Positions 38,609-49,264 of a DNA stretch of 61,246 nt are shown here, piece by piece. Each line of letters starts with the position of its first letter. The first letter of the stretch is position 1. The notes under the pieces were generated by a model, which made no database searches, was not told the origin of the DNA, and saw only the letters and a list, made by a program, of their open reading frames with translations. Origin of the DNA: Eubacteriales bacterium (lineage in GTDB: Bacteria > Bacillota > Clostridia > Oscillospirales > CAG-272); assembly GCA_045537015.1 (NCBI GenBank), contig JAZSOQ010000065.1, positions 1-61,246 of the forward strand, in the 5' to 3' direction. The translations under genes were made by a program, and so were the position numbers.

Positions 38609-38794
38609 ATGGCAAAGAAGGCAATGATTAACAAGCAGCAGGCTAAGCAGAAGTTCTCCACCCGTGAGTACAACCGTTGCAAGATCTGCGGCCGTCCCCA
38701 CGCTTACCTTCGTAAGTACGGCATCTGCCGTATCTGCTTCCGCGAGCTGGCTTACAAGGGCCAGATCCCGGGCGTAAGAAAGGCATCCTGGTAA
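38609..38794 (+). CDS. rpsN: 30S ribosomal protein S14 type Z (zinc form)
   Basis: 61 aa with [10 protein letters not shown]...CRICFRE. Confidence 0.95.
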   Translation: MAKKAMINKQQAKQKFSTREYNRCKICGRPHAYLRKYGICRICFRELAYKGQIPGVRKASW

Positions 38795-38914
38795 GAAATT
38801 ACCAACCCCACATATCGGCAGGAAATTAAGCTACGGCCCGATTTAACCGCCGATACGCCGCCGTTTGCCAACGGCAGCAAGATAAATTAAACTTGCATAT
38901 GGAGGAAAATTAAA

Positions 38915-39313
38915 ATGCAAATGTCAGACGTTATCGCCGATATGCTCACACGAATCAGAAATGCTAACGATGCAAAGCATGCAACTGTGGACATTCCGGC
39001 ATCCAACATGAAGAAGGCAATCGCCGAAATCCTCGTAAATGAGGGCTATGTTTCCGCTTTCGAGACCATCGAAGACGGCAAGCAGGGTATCATCCGTGTC
39101 ACCCTTAAGTACACCGGCAAGAAGCAGAAGGTTCTCCGCGGTATCCGCAGAGTATCCAAGCCCGGTCTCCGTATCTACGCAGGCTGTGAAGAGATGCCCC
39201 GTGTAATGAACGGTCTCGGCATCGCTATCGTATCCACCTCGAAGGGCATCATGACCGACAAGCAGGCTCGCAAAGAGAAGGTTGGCGGCGAAGTGCTCGC
39301 TTTCGTATGGTAA
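38915..39313 (+). CDS. rpsH: 30S ribosomal protein S8 (uS8)
   Basis: 132 aa ([23 protein letters not shown]). Confidence 0.97.
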   Translation: MQMSDVIADMLTRIRNANDAKHATVDIPASNMKKAIAEILVNEGYVSAFETIEDGKQGIIRVTLKYTGKKQKVLRGIRRVSKPGLRIYAGCEEMPRVMNGLGIAIVSTSKGIMTDKQARKEKVGGEVLAFVW

Positions 39314-39329
39314 TTAAGGAGGTAGCAAG

Positions 39330-39896
39330 ATGTCTAGAATTGGTAGAAACCCCATCACCCTCCCCGCAGGCGTTGAAGTTAAGACTGAAGCAGGTCTTGT
39401 AACCGTTAAGGGTCCCCGCGGCACTCTCACCGAGAAGATCTCGGAGAGAATGACTGTTAAGGTTGAGGCAGGCGTTCTTACTGTTGAGCGTCCCACCGAT
39501 GAGAAGGCTGACAGAAGCCTCCACGGTCTCACCCGTACACTTATCAATAACATGGTTATCGGCGTAACCGAGGGTTACACTCGCGTACTTGAGATCCACG
39601 GTACCGGTTACAGAGCAACCATGCAGGGTAATAACCTTCTCCTTTACGTAGGTCACTCCCTCGTAAACGGAAAGCCCCAGGCAAAGTTCACAATCGCTCA
39701 GCCCGAAGGCATCACCTTCGAGGTTGCAGAGAAGGTCGTTCCGATCACAATTACCATCAAGGGTAACAGCAAGCAGGCAGTTGGCCAGATCGCAGCAGTT
39801 ATCCGCGGTAAGAGACCTCCCGAGCCTTACCACCAGAAGGGTATCCGTTACGCAGGCGAAAATGTCCGTCGTAAGGAAATGAAGAAGAAGAACTAA
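39330..39896 (+). CDS. rplF: 50S ribosomal protein L6 (uL6)
   Basis: 188 aa (MSRIGRNPITLPAGV, EPYHQKGIRY). Confidence 0.96.
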   Translation: MSRIGRNPITLPAGVEVKTEAGLVTVKGPRGTLTEKISERMTVKVEAGVLTVERPTDEKADRSLHGLTRTLINNMVIGVTEGYTRVLEIHGTGYRATMQGNNLLLYVGHSLVNGKPQAKFTIAQPEGITFEVAEKVVPITITIKGNSKQAVGQIAAVIRGKRPPEPYHQKGIRYAGENVRRKEMKKKN

Positions 39897-39915
39897 GAGA
39901 GAGGAGTAAAGAACA

Positions 39916-40272
39916 ATGGTATCTAAGAAGGATAAGAACGCAGCGCGTATCAAGAGACATACCAGAGTCAGAGCAAAGATCTCCGGCACCACCGAGCGTC
40001 CTCGTCTCGCTGTATATCGTTCCACTAACAATATCAGCGCGCAGATCATCGACGATGTCAAGGGCATCACTCTTGTAAGTGCTTCTTCCTACGAGAAGGA
40101 ATTTGAAGTTGGCGGCAACAAGGAAGCTGCCAAGAAGGTCGGCAAGCTCGTTGCCGAAAGAGCAATCGAAAAGGGTATCACCGAAGTCGTATTCGACCGC
40201 GGCGGCTATCTTTATCACGGACGTGTATCGGAACTGGCTGACGGCGCTCGCGAGGGCGGCCTGAAGTTCTGA
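39916..40272 (+). CDS. rplR: 50S ribosomal protein L18 (uL18)
   Basis: 118 aa ([31 protein letters not shown]). Confidence 0.96.
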   Translation: MVSKKDKNAARIKRHTRVRAKISGTTERPRLAVYRSTNNISAQIIDDVKGITLVSASSYEKEFEVGGNKEAAKKVGKLVAERAIEKGITEVVFDRGGYLYHGRVSELADGAREGGLKF

Positions 40273-40340
40273 GTCTTCGGACTGACTTCCGGTTTGTACA
40301 CTGTTCAACTAAAATTAATTGAACAATTCAGGAGATTAAA

Positions 40341-40859
40341 ATGGCATTCAGAAACAATAATTACGAGGAAAAGCAGTATATTGAGAACCTCGTAGCACTG
40401 AACCGTGTTTCCAAGACCGTTAAAGGTGGACGTATCGCTCGTTTCGCTGCTCTTATGGTAGTAGGCGACGGCCACGGCCACGTTGGCGTAGGTATCGGCA
40501 AGGCTGCCGAAGTTACCGAGGCCATCCGCAAAGGTGTTGAAGACGCAAAGAAAAATATGATCACCGTATCCATTAAGGGCACCACCATTCCTCACGAGGT
40601 TCTTGGTGTGTTCGGCGCAGGTAAGGTTCTTCTTAAGCCCGCTGCTCCCGGTACCGGTATCATCGCAGGCTCCAAGGTTCGTATGGTCCTTGAGGCTGCA
40701 GGCATTCACAATATTCGTGCAAAGTGCCTTCGTTCCAACAACCCCATCAACGTAGTTAAGGCAACCCTCGCAGGACTCTCTGAGCTCCGCACCGTTGAGG
40801 AAGTTGCTCGCACTCGTGATATCACCGCAGACGACGTTAAGGGAGGTACTCAGAAATGA
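40341..40859 (+). CDS. rpsE: 30S ribosomal protein S5 (uS5)
   Basis: 172 aa ([29 protein letters not shown]). Confidence 0.97.
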   Translation: MAFRNNNYEEKQYIENLVALNRVSKTVKGGRIARFAALMVVGDGHGHVGVGIGKAAEVTEAIRKGVEDAKKNMITVSIKGTTIPHEVLGVFGAGKVLLKPAAPGTGIIAGSKVRMVLEAAGIHNIRAKCLRSNNPINVVKATLAGLSELRTVEEVARTRDITADDVKGGTQK

Positions 40860-41032
40860 AGAAAGTAACTCTCGTAAAGTCCCTCATCTGCGCTAAGCCG
40901 AACCAGAAGCTCACCGCTGCTTCTCTCGGCCTCAAGAAAATCGGCGACTTCGTCCTTCATCAGGAAGGTCCCGTACTTGACGGTAAGGTAAGAGTTATCT
41001 CCCACCTCGTATCCGTTGAGGATGTAGAGTAA
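40856..41032 (+). CDS. rpmD: 50S ribosomal protein L30 (uL30)
   Basis: Not in the ORF track because it is under 60 aa. Hand translation gives 58 aa: [62 protein letters not shown] overlap with rpsE. Confidence 0.88.
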   Translation: MKKVTLVKSLICAKPNQKLTAASLGLKKIGDFVLHQEGPVLDGKVRVISHLVSVEDVE

Positions 41033-41046
41033 AGGAGGACGCAATA

Positions 41047-41490
41047 ATGAAGCTTAATGAACTCAGACCCGCAGAAGGTTCCGTTCAGGAAAGATTCCGC
41101 AAGGGTCGCGGACCCGGCTCCGGCAACGGCAAGACCGCAGGCAAGGGCCACAAGGGACAGAATGCTCGCTCCGGCGGTGGCGTACGCCCCGGATTTGAGG
41201 GCGGACAGTTCCCGATCTACAGACAGCTTCCTAAGAGAGGCTTCAACAACAAGAGATTCGCTACCGTTTATGTAACCGTTAACGTAAGCGACCTCAACCG
41301 CTTCGAGGATGGCGCTATCGTTGATATCCAGACTCTTCTTGACGCTCGCGTAATTCGCAAGACACAAGACGGTCTCAAGGTTCTCGGCAATGGCGAGATC
41401 ACCAAGAAGCTCACCGTTAAGGCTGCTAAGTTCTCTGCAGCAGCTAAGGAAAAGATCGAAGCAGCAGGCGGAAGTTGCGAGGAGGTATAA
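41047..41490 (+). CDS. rplO: 50S ribosomal protein L15 (uL15)
   Basis: 147 aa ([26 protein letters not shown]). Confidence 0.96.
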   Translation: MKLNELRPAEGSVQERFRKGRGPGSGNGKTAGKGHKGQNARSGGGVRPGFEGGQFPIYRQLPKRGFNNKRFATVYVTVNVSDLNRFEDGAIVDIQTLLDARVIRKTQDGLKVLGNGEITKKLTVKAAKFSAAAKEKIEAAGGSCEEV

Positions 41491-41492
41491 GG

Positions 41493-42830
41493 ATGTTTGC
41501 GACATTCAAAAATGCCTGGAAGGTAGCTGAGCTCCGCTCTAAACTCCTGTTTACTCTGCTGATCCTCATCGTTTACCGTCTCGGCGCGCAGATTCCCGTT
41601 CCTTTCATCGACCCCAATGCGTACTCGTACTTCACTACAAGCGCATCCGGCTCGATCTTCACCTACCTCAACCTGCTCTCGGGTGATGCATTCGCAAAGG
41701 CAACTCTCTTTGCACTTTCCGTATCTCCCTACATCACCTCCTCCATCGTTATCCAGCTTCTCACAGTTGCAATTCCCGCACTTGAGAGACTGTCGAAGAA
41801 CGGTGAAGAAGGCAGAGCAATTATCACCAAGATCACCCGCTACACCACAGTAGGCCTTTCAATTCTCACTGCTATCGGTTACCTCGCATATATGGAGGCA
41901 GCCGGAATGCTCCTCAGCGATATTACCTTCTTCGGTAAGGTTGTTATCGTAGCATGCTACTGCGCAGGTGCATCTATCATCATGTGGCTCGCTGAGAGAA
42001 TCAATGAGCACGGCATCGGCAACGGTGTTTCCATGATCCTCTTCGCGAACATCATCGCAAGCCTTCCCTCTATGCTCGGTCAGCTCTGGACCACCGTGTT
42101 CGCAGGCCCCGCAGCATTCGCAGGCTTCAGCCTTGGAGGCCTCTTCGTAGCTCTCTTTGCTATCGTATTCGTATTTGCAAGCATCGTATTCATCGTTTGG
42201 TTCACTGAGTCCGAGCGCAGAATTCCGATCCAGTATGCAAAGCGCGTTGTTGGCAGAAAGATGTACGGCGGTCAGTCCTCCAACCTTCCGATGAAGCTGA
42301 ACATGAACGGCGTTATGCCCGTTATCTTCGCAAGCTCCATCGTATCTCTCCCCGCAACCATTGCAGCGTTCTTCCCGAACAGCGGTTTTGCTAACTTTAT
42401 AAATGAGTTCTTCAATTATAATACTTGGCTCTACCTCATCATCAACCTGGCGTTGATCATCGTATTTGCGTACTTCTATGTACTCATTTCCTTCAACCCT
42501 GTTGAGGTTGCGAACAACATTCAGAAGAATGGCGGCTCCATCCCCGGCATCCGTTCGGGTAAGCCCACCATTATGTATATCAAGAAGATTCTTAACAGAG
42601 TTACTCTTATCGGTGCTATCTTCCTTTGCATCATCTCGGGTCTTCCCATGCTCATCAACATCGTGATCACTACTATCAATCCTCACAGCGTTGCGTTCTC
42701 CGCAATCGCTTTCGGCGGTAACTCGCTCCTCATCGTAGTAGGCGTTGCTCTTGAGACTGTACGTGACCTCGATGCACAGCTTGCGCTCCGCAACATGAGC
42801 GGCTCCAAGACAAAGGGTCTCTTCGGTTAA
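41493..42830 (+). CDS. secY: preprotein translocase subunit SecY
   Basis: Polytopic protein (LGAQIPVPF, LSVSPYITSSI, GIGNGVS). ATG 41493 lies after GGAGG and the rplO stop. Confidence 0.96.
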   Translation: MFATFKNAWKVAELRSKLLFTLLILIVYRLGAQIPVPFIDPNAYSYFTTSASGSIFTYLNLLSGDAFAKATLFALSVSPYITSSIVIQLLTVAIPALERLSKNGEEGRAIITKITRYTTVGLSILTAIGYLAYMEAAGMLLSDITFFGKVVIVACYCAGASIIMWLAERINEHGIGNGVSMILFANIIASLPSMLGQLWTTVFAGPAAFAGFSLGGLFVALFAIVFVFASIVFIVWFTESERRIPIQYAKRVVGRKMYGGQSSNLPMKLNMNGVMPVIFASSIVSLPATIAAFFPNSGFANFINEFFNYNTWLYLIINLALIIVFAYFYVLISFNPVEVANNIQKNGGSIPGIRSGKPTIMYIKKILNRVTLIGAIFLCIISGLPMLINIVITTINPHSVAFSAIAFGGNSLLIVVGVALETVRDLDAQLALRNMSGSKTKGLFG

Positions 42831-42861
42831 TACCGACCCGCGGATATTTCGGAGGAAATTA

Positions 42862-43503
42862 ATGAATCTTATCATTATGGGAGCCCCCGGTGCGGGAAAA
42901 GGCACTCAGGCCGAAATTATTGCCGCAAGAGAAAATATCCCCGCGATTTCGACGGGACAGATCCTTCGCGACGCTATGGCAGCGGGCACAGAGCTCGGCA
43001 AAACTGCCAAGGGTTACGTCGAGAACGGTGATCTTGTCCCCGATGAGATCGTAATCGGCATCGTCCGTGACTACCTTAAGTCCGACGCTTGCGCGAACGG
43101 ATTTATTCTTGACGGCTTCCCCCGTTCTATCGCTCAGGCTGAAGCGCTTGAGAAGATGGGTGTCGTTATCGACGCTGTCCTCTCGATCGACGTAAGCGAC
43201 GATAGAATCGTAGCCAGAATGTCGGGCAGACGCGTTTGCAAGTGCGGCGCATCCTACCACATCGACTACAAACCGTCCAAGGTTGAAGGCATCTGTGATA
43301 AGTGCTCCTCGGAGCTTTACATCAGAGCCGACGACAAGGCAGAAACAGTTATCACCAGACTTCATAACTACCACGCGCAGACCGAGCCCCTTCTTGCTTT
43401 CTATAACGAGAGAGGCAAGCTCATCCGCGTTGAGGGACAGGAAGAGGTTGAGGATACAACAAGGCTCGTGCGCGAAGCACTTGCCAAAGTTGGCGGCAGA
43501 TAA
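42862..43503 (+). CDS. adk: adenylate kinase (zinc-lid type)
   Basis: 213 aa (GAPGAGKGTQ). The lid carries CKCG...CDKC. Confidence 0.96.
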   Translation: MNLIIMGAPGAGKGTQAEIIAARENIPAISTGQILRDAMAAGTELGKTAKGYVENGDLVPDEIVIGIVRDYLKSDACANGFILDGFPRSIAQAEALEKMGVVIDAVLSIDVSDDRIVARMSGRRVCKCGASYHIDYKPSKVEGICDKCSSELYIRADDKAETVITRLHNYHAQTEPLLAFYNERGKLIRVEGQEEVEDTTRLVREALAKVGGR

Positions 43504-44258
43504 TGATACCGATCAAAAATCCCCAGCAAATAGCCGTTATGAGAGAAGCGGGAAGGATCGCTTACGAAGCGATGTATAAGGCGCGCGAGATCATCCGCGA
43601 GGGTGTGAGCACCTACGACATCGACAAGGTGATCCGGGCACACATTGAAAAATGCGGTGCACGCCCCGGCTTCCTCGGTTACGGCGGTTTCCCGGGAAGC
43701 GCTTGTATCAGCGTAAATGACGAAGTTATTCACGGTATTCCTTCAAAAAAGAGAATACTTTTCGAGGGTGACATCGTAAAGATAGATACAGGAGCATTCT
43801 ATAAGGGATTTAACTCTGATATGGCGAGAACCTTCGCCGTCGGAAGCGTCAGCGATGAAGCGGCGCATCTGATCGAGACCACCAAGAAGAGCTTCTTCTG
43901 CGGTCTTGAGCAGTGTCGCGAATCGAATCGCATCGGCGACATCGGTCACGCGATCCAGAGTTGTGTTGAAGCCGAGGGCTTCAGCGTTGTAAGAAGGTAC
44001 ATCGGCCACGGTGTCGGACGCGATCTGCACGAAGATCCCGAGGTTCCGAATTTTGGAACTGCAGGGCGCGGCGTTAAGCTTATGGTGGGTATGACCCTTG
44101 CCATCGAACCGATGGTAAACGTAGGCGGCTGCGAGGTTCGTCAGTTGTCCGACGGTTGGACCGTCAAAACCGCAGACGGTACACTCTCTGCACATTATGA
44201 GAACACCGTCGCGATCACTCCCGATGGACCCGTGATCCTCACGGCGCCGCTAGAGTGA
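43503..44258 (+). CDS. map: type I methionyl aminopeptidase
   Basis: 251 aa (GFLGYGGFP, DIVKIDTG, HGVG, LAIEPM). TAATG overlap with adk. Confidence 0.95.
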   Translation: MIPIKNPQQIAVMREAGRIAYEAMYKAREIIREGVSTYDIDKVIRAHIEKCGARPGFLGYGGFPGSACISVNDEVIHGIPSKKRILFEGDIVKIDTGAFYKGFNSDMARTFAVGSVSDEAAHLIETTKKSFFCGLEQCRESNRIGDIGHAIQSCVEAEGFSVVRRYIGHGVGRDLHEDPEVPNFGTAGRGVKLMVGMTLAIEPMVNVGGCEVRQLSDGWTVKTADGTLSAHYENTVAITPDGPVILTAPLE

Positions 44259-44289
44259 ACTCAACCGAATATGAATGGAGGGAAAAGTT

Positions 44290-44508
44290 ATGCCTAAGAA
44301 TGACGTAATCGAATTTGAAGGTACGGTCCTTGAGGCTCTGCCCAACACCGTCTTCAAAGTACAGCTTCCCAACGGCCACATCGTGACCGCGCATATTTCG
44401 GGTAAGCTGAGACAGAATTTTATCAGAATTCTGCCCGGTGACCACGTTACCGTTGAGGTTTCGGTTTACGACCTCAATAAGGGACGAATCACCTGGCGTA
44501 CGAAATAA
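44290..44508 (+). CDS. infA: translation initiation factor IF-1
   Basis: [26 protein letters not shown].... GGAGGG lies 7 nt upstream of ATG 44290. Confidence 0.95.
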   Translation: MPKNDVIEFEGTVLEALPNTVFKVQLPNGHIVTAHISGKLRQNFIRILPGDHVTVEVSVYDLNKGRITWRTK

Positions 44509-44537
44509 GTACAATTTTCAGAAAGGTATGGTTAAAA

Positions 44538-44651
44538 ATGAAAGTTAAGCCATCCGTAAAGAAGATCTGCGAAAAGTGCAAGATCATCAAGAGACACGGC
44601 CGTGTAATGGTCATCTGCGAGAACCCCAAGCACAAGCAGCGCCAGGGTTGA
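44538..44651 (+). CDS. rpmJ: 50S ribosomal protein L36 (bL36, zinc form)
   Basis: Not in the ORF track. Hand translation gives 37 aa: [37 protein letters not shown]. Confidence 0.92.
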   Translation: MKVKPSVKKICEKCKIIKRHGRVMVICENPKHKQRQG

Positions 44652-44684
44652 TAGCGAATTTAAGAGAAAGAAAGGATTAACAGA

Positions 44685-45059
44685 ATGGCTCGTATAGCTG
44701 GTGTTGATATTCCTAATTCCAAGCGTGTTGAGATTGCTCTTACCTACATTTACGGTATCGGCCGCAAGAGTGCAAATGACATCCTTGCAAAGACCGGCAT
44801 CAATCCCGACACCCGCGCTAAGGACCTCACTGAAGATGAGGTTGCTAAGCTCCGTGACGAAATCGAGAACAACTACGTTGTAGAAGGTGACCTTCGCCGT
44901 GACGTTGCTCTCAACATCAAGCGTCTTGTAGAAATTAACTGCTACCGCGGTATCCGTCACAGAAAGGGACTCCCTGTAAGAGGTCAGAGAACTAAGACCA
45001 ACGCAAGAACTCGTAAGGGTCCCGTTAAGACTATCGCAAACAAGAAGAAAGGTTCGTAA
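44685..45059 (+). CDS. rpsM: 30S ribosomal protein S13 (uS13)
   Basis: 124 aa ([25 protein letters not shown]). Confidence 0.97.
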   Translation: MARIAGVDIPNSKRVEIALTYIYGIGRKSANDILAKTGINPDTRAKDLTEDEVAKLRDEIENNYVVEGDLRRDVALNIKRLVEINCYRGIRHRKGLPVRGQRTKTNARTRKGPVKTIANKKKGS

Positions 45060-45062
45060 GTT

Positions 45063-45458
45063 ATGGCTAAAGTTGCAAAGAAGGTTATCAAGAAGCGCCG
45101 CGATAAGAAGAATATTCCTAACGGCCAGGTACACATTCGTGCTACCTTCAATAACACCATCGTTACCGTAACCGATACCGAGGGTAATGCAATTTCTTGG
45201 GCTTCCGCCGGTGAACTCGGCTTCAAGGGCTCCAGAAAGTCCACCCCCTTCGCCGCTCAGTCCGCTTCCGAGACTGCTGCAAAGGCAGCAATGGAGCACG
45301 GTCTTAAGTCGGTTGAAGTATATGTCAGAGGCCCCGGATCCGGACGTGAGTCTGCAATCCGTGCACTCGAGACTGTCGGTCTTCAGATTACAATGATTAA
45401 AGACGTTACCCCTGTACCCCACAATGGATGCAGACCCCCCAAGCGCCGCCGCGTTTGA
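45063..45458 (+). CDS. rpsK: 30S ribosomal protein S11 (uS11)
   Basis: 131 aa ([27 protein letters not shown]). Confidence 0.97.
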   Translation: MAKVAKKVIKKRRDKKNIPNGQVHIRATFNNTIVTVTDTEGNAISWASAGELGFKGSRKSTPFAAQSASETAAKAAMEHGLKSVEVYVRGPGSGRESAIRALETVGLQITMIKDVTPVPHNGCRPPKRRRV

Positions 45459-45482
45459 TCAAAAAAAGGAGGAACTACAATT

Positions 45483-46139
45483 ATGGCAAGATATACAGGT
45501 CCTGTATGCAAGCTTTGCCGCAGAGAGGGCGTAAAGCTCTTCCTCAAGGGCGAGCGTTGCACTTCCGGCAAGTGCCCCTTTGACCGTATCGATCCCAATT
45601 CCCGTAACCGTAATGCAGGTCCCGCAGCTCCCGGTCAGCACGGCGCTGCTAAGAAGAAACTGCAGGAGTACGGAAGACAGCTCCGTGAGAAGGAGAAGGT
45701 AAGACGCGTATACGGCGTTCTCGAGCGTCAGTTCGTTAACTACTACGAGAAGGCAGACCGTATGCCCGGTATGACCGGTGAGAATCTTCTCATCCTTCTT
45801 GAGAGACGTCTTGATAACGCAGTATTCCGTATGGGCTTCGGTGAGTCCAGAACTCAGTCCCGTCAGCTCACACTTCACGACCACATCCGTGTAAATGGCA
45901 AGAAGGTCAACATTCCTTCCTACTCCATCAGAGTTGGTGACGTTATCTCTGTTGCAGAGAACGCACTCGAGAAGGATTCCATCAAGGCTCTCGTAGAGGC
46001 TATGGGCAGCAAGAACGCTCCCAAGTGGCTTGAGGTAGACGCTGCAAAGGCATCTGCAAAGGTCATCGCTCTTCCCACCAGAGAAGACGTCGGCTTCGAC
46101 TTCAACGAGCAGCTCATCGTCGAGCTCTATTCCAAGTAA
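45483..46139 (+). CDS. rpsD: 30S ribosomal protein S4 (uS4, Cys-containing N-terminus)
   Basis: 218 aa ([16 protein letters not shown]...CTSGKCP). Confidence 0.96.
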   Translation: MARYTGPVCKLCRREGVKLFLKGERCTSGKCPFDRIDPNSRNRNAGPAAPGQHGAAKKKLQEYGRQLREKEKVRRVYGVLERQFVNYYEKADRMPGMTGENLLILLERRLDNAVFRMGFGESRTQSRQLTLHDHIRVNGKKVNIPSYSIRVGDVISVAENALEKDSIKALVEAMGSKNAPKWLEVDAAKASAKVIALPTREDVGFDFNEQLIVELYSK

Positions 46140-46261
46140 TACCGCACATTCTCCCACAGGCTGCACTCCGGCTTTGGGGGTGTGCGTAATACGTGGGAGC
46201 ATAAACTTATGCGCATAAACTATTATCGCAGACTAAAAATTATTGGAGGGTATAATCTGGA

Positions 46262-47239
46262 ATGATAGAGATTCAAAAGCCAAATATCGTAACGGTAGAT
46301 GAAAGCGAAGACGGCAGAAGCGGTAAATTTATCGTTGAGCCTCTTGAGCGCGGATACGGAACCACACTCGGAAACTCGCTTCGCAGAGTTCTTATGAGCT
46401 CACTTCCCGGTGTAGCCGTTACATCTATCAAGGTAGACGGTGCATTACACGAATTCACCTCGCTTCCCGGTGTGGCAGAGGATCTGACAGAGATCGTTCT
46501 GAATATCAAGGGCATTGTTGCAAAGCTCTATACTCAGGCACCCAAGACTGTCATCCTTGATGCGGTTGGCCCCGACAACGTAACCGCAGGACACATCAAG
46601 CAGGACTCCGATATCGTAATTCTCAACTCGGATCACCACCTCGCAACTCTTGCAGAGGGTGCACACCTTTATATTGAACTGACCTTTGAAAACGGCCGCG
46701 GTTATGTATCGCAGGACAAGAACAAGCTTCTGCATGCAGACAGCTTCGGTACTGCAGTAAGCGCACCTATCGGTCTGATCTACACAGACTCGATCTACAC
46801 ACCCGTTTACAACGTCAGCTACACTGTTGAGAACACTCGTGTCGGAAGTAATATGACCGATTATGATAAACTCACGCTCGAGGTTCTGACCAACGGAACC
46901 ATCACAGCAAAAGAAGCGATTTCGCTCGGTGCCAAGATTCTCAACGAGCATCTCAACTTGTTTGTGGATTTGTCGGATGAAGCAAAGAACGCGGAGATCA
47001 TGATTGAGAGACCCGAAAAGGAAAAAGAAAAGGTTCTTGAGATGACCATTGAGGAACTTGACCTGTCTGTACGTAGCTTCAACTGTTTGAAGCGCGCAGG
47101 CATTGACACGGTAGAAGATTTGGTCAGCCGCTCCGAGGACGAAATGATCAAGGTTCGTAACCTCGGTAAGAAATCGCTCGAAGAAGTCATCCTTAAGCTC
47201 GAAAGCCTCGGTCTTACACTTCGTAACGACGAGGAATAA
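46262..47239 (+). CDS. rpoA: DNA-directed RNA polymerase subunit alpha
   Basis: 325 aa ([22 protein letters not shown]-like; C-terminal domain [14 protein letters not shown]). Confidence 0.97.
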   Translation: MIEIQKPNIVTVDESEDGRSGKFIVEPLERGYGTTLGNSLRRVLMSSLPGVAVTSIKVDGALHEFTSLPGVAEDLTEIVLNIKGIVAKLYTQAPKTVILDAVGPDNVTAGHIKQDSDIVILNSDHHLATLAEGAHLYIELTFENGRGYVSQDKNKLLHADSFGTAVSAPIGLIYTDSIYTPVYNVSYTVENTRVGSNMTDYDKLTLEVLTNGTITAKEAISLGAKILNEHLNLFVDLSDEAKNAEIMIERPEKEKEKVLEMTIEELDLSVRSFNCLKRAGIDTVEDLVSRSEDEMIKVRNLGKKSLEEVILKLESLGLTLRNDEE

Positions 47240-47290
47240 GAGCGGGACGATTTCATTCACAACACAGATTTATTAAGGAGGAGCATTAAG

Positions 47291-47710
47291 ATGCCCGGAA
47301 CCAGAAAACTCGGCAGACCTACCGCTCACAGAAAAGCTATGCTTCGCGGTCTTGTTACCTACCTGCTTCAGTACGGCAAGGTTGAGACCACTGTGACCCG
47401 TGCTAAGGAAGTCCGTGCACTTGCTGAGAAGATGATCACTCTCGGTAAGCAGAATACACTTGCAAGCCGTCGTGCCGCTTACTCTTTCATCACTTCTGAT
47501 GAGGTAGTTAAGAAGCTGTTCGACGAGATCGCACCTCGCTACGAGGATGTAAACGGCGGTTACACCTGCATTTACAAGCTCGGCCCCCGTCGTGGCGACG
47601 CAGCAGAGATGGCTCTCATCACTCTCGTAACCACCAAGGCTGAAGCAGAGGCAGCTGCAGCAGCTGAGGCAGCAAAGAAGTCTTCCAAGAAGGCTAAGGA
47701 CGCTGAGTAA
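47291..47710 (+). CDS. rplQ: 50S ribosomal protein L17 (bL17) with an A/E/K-rich tail
   Basis: 139 aa ([30 protein letters not shown]). Confidence 0.96.
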   Translation: MPGTRKLGRPTAHRKAMLRGLVTYLLQYGKVETTVTRAKEVRALAEKMITLGKQNTLASRRAAYSFITSDEVVKKLFDEIAPRYEDVNGGYTCIYKLGPRRGDAAEMALITLVTTKAEAEAAAAAEAAKKSSKKAKDAE

Positions 47711-47728
47711 TTAATTTAATTACGAATC

Positions 47729-47761
47729 AAGCCTACCCGAAATTCGGGTAGGCTTTTTTTC
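47729..47761 (+). terminator. rho-independent terminator of the alpha operon
   Basis: GCCTACCCG (47731-47739) pairs with CGGGTAGGC (47745-47753), followed by T8. Confidence 0.85.
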
Positions 47762-47769
47762 GCGCGATA

Positions 47770-48924
47770 TTATCTATATTTTCCCCGCGAGATGTCGCGC
47801 ACGGCGTCAGCAAGAGCGAGCGCGTCATCTGCGGTGTTGAAAGGGGAGAAGGACGCGCGGACGCTGCCTCCGCGATCGCTTCCGAGAACGGTGTGCGCCA
47901 TGGGATTGCAATGAAATCCGCCGCGTACACAAATGTCACGCTCGGAAAGAAGATTTGCCACTCGGTCGGACGGGATGCCGTCGATATTAAATGAGAGGAC
48001 CGATCCTGCGTTGCGCGGCGCATAGACTGTTACACCTCTGATCTCGGATAGCAACCTCAAGGTCTTCTTGAATAGCTTTTCCTCGTGAGAGGCAATGCTT
48101 TGAAGTCCAATGTCCTGCAGAGCCTTAATTCCCGCCGCTAAGCCCACGATCGCGGGAGTCGAAAGTGTGCCTGCTTCAAGCCTTTCGGGGAATTCGCGGG
48201 GCATTTCGGGGTCGAGAGAGGCACTTCCCGAGCCACCGAATGTCAGCGGTCGAGCGGGGAAGCTACTTGATATTATCAAAGCCCCGCTTCCTTGCGGACC
48301 GAGAAGACCCTTGTGCCCCGGAAGTGCAAGCGCCGAGATGTCGGAGCGCTTCATATCAATGGGGAAATGTCCCGCTCCTTGCGCGCCGTCAACGATGAAG
48401 TGCAATCCCTCACGCCGACAAAGCTCGCCTATTTCGTCAATAGGCATTCTTGCCGAGCAGATATTCGGGCAGGCGGTCGAGATCACCGCAACCGTTTCGG
48501 GACGCACGAGTGAAGAGATCGAGCGGCATATCTTTTGCGCGTTGCGATTTGGATCGAGAACGTGGGAATCGAAGACCGAGTATGAGCATCCGCGCTCGCG
48601 GGCAAGGTATTCGAGCGGACGGCGGACGGAGTTGTGCTCCATATCAGAGCAGATGAAATGTGCGCCTTCGCGTGCGAGCGAGAGAATGGCAATATTGAGC
48701 GCGTGAGTAGCATTCTGGCAGAATATCACGTTTTCGGGCGACTCAGCCGAAAAGAAATTGCACAGACTTGCCCTGCAATCGTAGATCTTTTCTGCTGCGG
48801 CAAAGGCAAGTTTGTGCGATCCCCGCCCGGGATTGCCGCAGTATTCTCTCATGCAGCGCGACATCTCCTCGATAACCTCGGGCGGCTTTGGAAAGGATGT
48901 GGCGGCGTTGTCAAGATAAATCAT
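47770..48924 (-). CDS. class-V aminotransferase fold PLP enzyme (cysteine desulfurase / selenocysteine lyase-like)
   Basis: 384 aa (MIYLDNAATSFPKP, GHKGLLGPQGSGAL with the PLP lysine, NPMAH). Confidence 0.8.
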   Translation of the reverse strand: MIYLDNAATSFPKPPEVIEEMSRCMREYCGNPGRGSHKLAFAAAEKIYDCRASLCNFFSAESPENVIFCQNATHALNIAILSLAREGAHFICSDMEHNSVRRPLEYLARERGCSYSVFDSHVLDPNRNAQKICRSISSLVRPETVAVISTACPNICSARMPIDEIGELCRREGLHFIVDGAQGAGHFPIDMKRSDISALALPGHKGLLGPQGSGALIISSSFPARPLTFGGSGSASLDPEMPREFPERLEAGTLSTPAIVGLAAGIKALQDIGLQSIASHEEKLFKKTLRLLSEIRGVTVYAPRNAGSVLSFNIDGIPSDRVANLLSERDICVRGGFHCNPMAHTVLGSDRGGSVRASFSPFNTADDALALADAVRDISRGKYR

Positions 48925-48927
48925 TGC

Positions 48928-49146
48928 TTACTCCTTGATGATCTCGCGCTCGGCGACGGAGTTGTTTGAAAACGCCATCCGCACACTGAAAAGCTTGCTC
49001 TCATCAAAGGCAACTCCCCACGAGCATCCGCGCCTCGTCCTCGTCGAGTCTACCTTGACTACGTCCGCTGCAATTTGTTCGTTTTTTAGCACCCTCGCCG
49101 CTTTCTGCGCCAGTGTGAGTGTAGGAAAAACTGCAATATATCTCAT
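48928..49146 (-). CDS. DUF3343-like small protein (putative S/Se carrier)
   Basis: 72 aa from ATG 49146 (MRYIAVFPTLTLAQKAARVLKNEQIAADVVKVDSTRTRRGCSWGVAF...), with a GAGG RBS. The longer ORF-track start 49236 runs into the upstream terminator. Confidence 0.6.
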   Translation of the reverse strand: MRYIAVFPTLTLAQKAARVLKNEQIAADVVKVDSTRTRRGCSWGVAFDESKLFSVRMAFSNNSVAEREIIKE

Positions 49147-49224
49147 TTTACCTCGCCTCGTTTTTTCGTTTGAAGACTTTTGTCTTCTACTGTAAGTATA
49201 TGGCGAAGAATGTCGAAGTGATAC

Positions 49225-49263
49225 AAAAAACTCCAACAGACTCAGTGATCTGTTGGAGTTTTT
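49225..49263 (-). terminator. terminator after the P-type ATPase
   Basis: A 10-bp stem, CTCCAACAGA (49231-49240) with TCTGTTGGAG (49249-49258), is flanked by an A-run and a T-run. Confidence 0.8.
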
Positions 49264-49264
49264 G

